Source: a virus | Lineage: Duplodnaviria; Caudoviricetes | Reading direction: 5' to 3' (one strand) | DNA: 25,534 nt | Virus record (IMG/VR): IMGVR_UViG_3300031965_000329 | Span: 1 to 25,534 of that record | Shown: piece by piece, positions 23,839 through 25,534 of the stretch | Layout: every line of letters starts with the position of its first letter | Position numbering within the stretch: the first letter of the stretch is position 1 | Notes under the pieces: model-generated | The model's input: the letters and a program-made list of their open reading frames with translations, nothing else | What the model was told of the DNA's origin: nothing | Database searches by the model: none | Position numbers and translations under genes: made by a program

Positions 23839-24090
23839 GGCTTACACCACGACGATGCTGCTTTTCCAGATAACATACATTCTACATAACCACCCTTACT
23901 GAAAATCTCGTTATTCTTCAACCAGAAGTTCAACGAGATGGTTGTAATTAGAACTGCAGCTAACGCTATGATACCTACACATACGGCCCAGCTTGTTTCT
24001 TCGCTCATATAACCTCCGTGATTCCGTGTAAAATTGATACTCATGTGTGAAATTGGCTCCTCATTTGTGATTTTGTGTGAAAGATAGACT
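23820..24090 (-). repeat. Repeated TGAGTATCAATTTYACAC motif
   Basis: Copies at 23820-23837 and 24026-24043 (17/18 identical), with degenerate copies at 24045-24063 and 24075-24090. Confidence 0.8.
23835..24044 (-). CDS. Small single-pass membrane protein (start 24044 or 24008)
   Basis: TM segment WAVCVGIIALAAVLITTISLNFWL; GGAGG precedes ATG 24008. Confidence 0.65.
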   Translation of the reverse strand: MSINFTRNHGGYMSEETSWAVCVGIIALAAVLITTISLNFWLKNNEIFSKGGYVECMLSGKAASSWCKP

Positions 24091-24294
24091 TGCCGCTAAA
24101 AATAGCTTTCGGCGAAAATCTAACTGTTTACGCCGTTTTTGTACACGCGCCAAACGCTTTAAATGCCGATTCTTAAGATTCAATATCTGATGCCTAATAG
24201 TGCACGGTTCACAATGGTCATAAAGCCATAAAGGCTGCGGTTTCTCTTCGCAACACTGGCAAGTTTGGCTATCTTTTGAATGTGATGATATCAT
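24061..24294 (-). CDS. Basic Cys-rich hypothetical protein
   Basis: CQCC...HCEPC followed by a K/R-rich helix; ATGA coupling. Confidence 0.55.
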   Translation of the reverse strand: MISSHSKDSQTCQCCEEKPQPLWLYDHCEPCTIRHQILNLKNRHLKRLARVQKRRKQLDFRRKLFLAASLSFTQNHK

Positions 24295-24506
24295 TTCGAC
24301 TGCCCAAAAACGTCTTCGAGTAATAGGAAGACTTCATATCCTATGTCAATGTCTTTTGAGTATTCATGTATTAAGTTCGCTTCAAAATAATCCTCTCGTT
24401 TATTTGGTGACGATTTCCCAAGCGCAGCCCAGACGTGCATAGCTTCGTCCTCGCTTAAAACAAGCGTAAATGTACGTTTAGGTGGTGTAATCTTTAGTTC
24501 AGCCAT
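24291..24506 (-). CDS. Hypothetical protein
   Basis: AAGGAG SD; 71 aa. Confidence 0.7.
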   Translation of the reverse strand: MAELKITPPKRTFTLVLSEDEAMHVWAALGKSSPNKREDYFEANLIHEYSKDIDIGYEVFLLLEDVFGQSK

Positions 24507-24516
24507 GTCATGCTCC

Positions 24517-25086
24517 TTAAAACGGTACTTCGTTCTTGCTCTTACGGGCGTCTAGGCCCCAAACGTTCTTGCGATAGCCCGTCTCGCCGTTTTGTTTGGG
24601 ATATGAATCAACCTTGACGTTCAAACCCATCTTGCGCCCAACTAGCTGTCGGAATAGTGTCACAAGTTTGTCGTAAGCTTCGTCGGTACTGAAGTTTAGA
24701 AGACCATTAGGCCATTTCGTGGACGCCTTATAGCCCTTCTCGTTGAACGTAACCCACTGACCTGTAGCATGAACCAGGGTCTTGAGGCGGTTTAGTTGGA
24801 CCGAGTAACGCTTCTCCGCCTTCTCGTCGCCGCCAGAGGACTCAGGCAAACTCGGCGCATCCACGAAGAATGTAAAAGCCATCCCTTCGTCGCCCTTCAG
24901 GTCTACCTTCAGCGTGAGGCTATGACCGAAGTCGTTGGCGATCTGCGGCTCCACGTCACGTAAGATGGCATTAGGCCAGCGTCCTACGCCGTATTTGGGG
25001 TCAAAGTCGCGTTTCTGAGCTTCTTCCTCGTCAAATGCGTCGTTCTCGAACATTGCTGCTAATTGAGGGTCTGTTTCCATTTTCAT
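24517..25086 (-). CDS. Putative single-stranded DNA-binding protein
   Basis: C-terminal EVPF tip, OB-like beta pattern, AAGGAG SD and replication-module context. Confidence 0.5.
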   Translation of the reverse strand: MKMETDPQLAAMFENDAFDEEEAQKRDFDPKYGVGRWPNAILRDVEPQIANDFGHSLTLKVDLKGDEGMAFTFFVDAPSLPESSGGDEKAEKRYSVQLNRLKTLVHATGQWVTFNEKGYKASTKWPNGLLNFSTDEAYDKLVTLFRQLVGRKMGLNVKVDSYPKQNGETGYRKNVWGLDARKSKNEVPF

Positions 25087-25358
25087 CTCCTTCTCGGGTT
25101 AGGGGTTGACATTGTTGCTGCTAGACATAAGAGCAAGACTCTTAGGTTACGACAATCATTATCACGTTCAATCTCTAGTTGAAAGCTATATCTATCTGTG
25201 AATCCGAAGATTTTCTTATAATCTCGCGCAAGTGGAATTTGCATATAAGAATCCTTATTACCCGGGTTGATGACATGCTTGATAGCTATGCACGAGAAGT
25301 TCTCTTCCATCTCAGCAATACGTCTGGCGGCTTCAAGATACACTTCGCTAGGTTTCAT
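25083..25358 (-). CDS. Phage hypothetical protein
   Basis: MKPSEVYLEAARRI...SCIAI...RVLLLCLAA; ATGA overlaps at both ends. Confidence 0.7.
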   Translation of the reverse strand: MKPSEVYLEAARRIAEMEENFSCIAIKHVINPGNKDSYMQIPLARDYKKIFGFTDRYSFQLEIERDNDCRNLRVLLLCLAATMSTPNPRRR

Positions 25359-25534
25359 AGGATTCCACCTTTCTGAAAAAGCTTGTTCCAAAAGTTGTTG
25401 GTCCCTGATGGGCTCGCTCCTTGGAGCGTCACGTCTTCCACCGGAGCCAGCCCAAACCGCCCCGATCGCAACCCACGATACTTGGCGTACTTAGCCGTCT
25501 CAGTCGTCACCATCCAGTGCTTTCCGATTTCCCG
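25355..25534 (-). CDS. C-terminal 59 aa of a truncated gene, possibly an AAA/Sak4-type ATPase
   Basis: Open frame REIGKHWMVTTETAKYAKYRGLRSGRFGLAPVEDV...GGIL ending in an ATGA overlap. The family guess is weak. Confidence 0.5.
   Translation of the reverse strand, partial: REIGKHWMVTTETAKYAKYRGLRSGRFGLAPVEDVTLQGASPSGTNNFWNKLFQKGGIL

Noticed and set aside
24045-24054. lac leader / vector contamination (AATTTCACAC)
   Set aside because: Only about 10 nt match, there is no lac operator, and it is part of a local repeat family.
1-25534. tRNA, rRNA, integrase or att sites
   Set aside because: None recognised. Intergenic space is minimal, though a covariance search was not possible.

Overview
This is a 25.5-kb fragment of a tailed dsDNA phage genome with a podovirus-like layout; the host cannot be determined. 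The plus strand (1-18.5 kb) opens with a modification cluster: MptE/Maf-like protein, GT2-like glycosyltransferase, SAM methyltransferase, and a radical SAM/SPASM enzyme that lacks a canonical start codon. It continues with two head-tail adaptor paralogues, a tail nozzle-like gene apparently split around two paralogous cassettes, tail fibres, a GNAT, ejection-type proteins and a YvrJ-like holin candidate. The minus strand (18.2-25.5 kb) is a tightly coupled early/middle operon: SSB-like protein, lysozyme-like protein, RuvC-like resolvase, intein-containing metallophosphoesterase, HD hydrolase, DUF3310 and many micro-ORFs missed by the ORF track. Two candidate systems stand out. (1) An Sm/Hfq-fold gene is sandwiched between two paralogous unannotated (Ser-X)n peptides built from NNN-TCG hexamers. 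(2) The split tail gene's missing middle segment is carried, under strong purifying selection, at the N-terminus of two alternative cassette proteins. All family calls come from motif recognition by eye; no database search was run.
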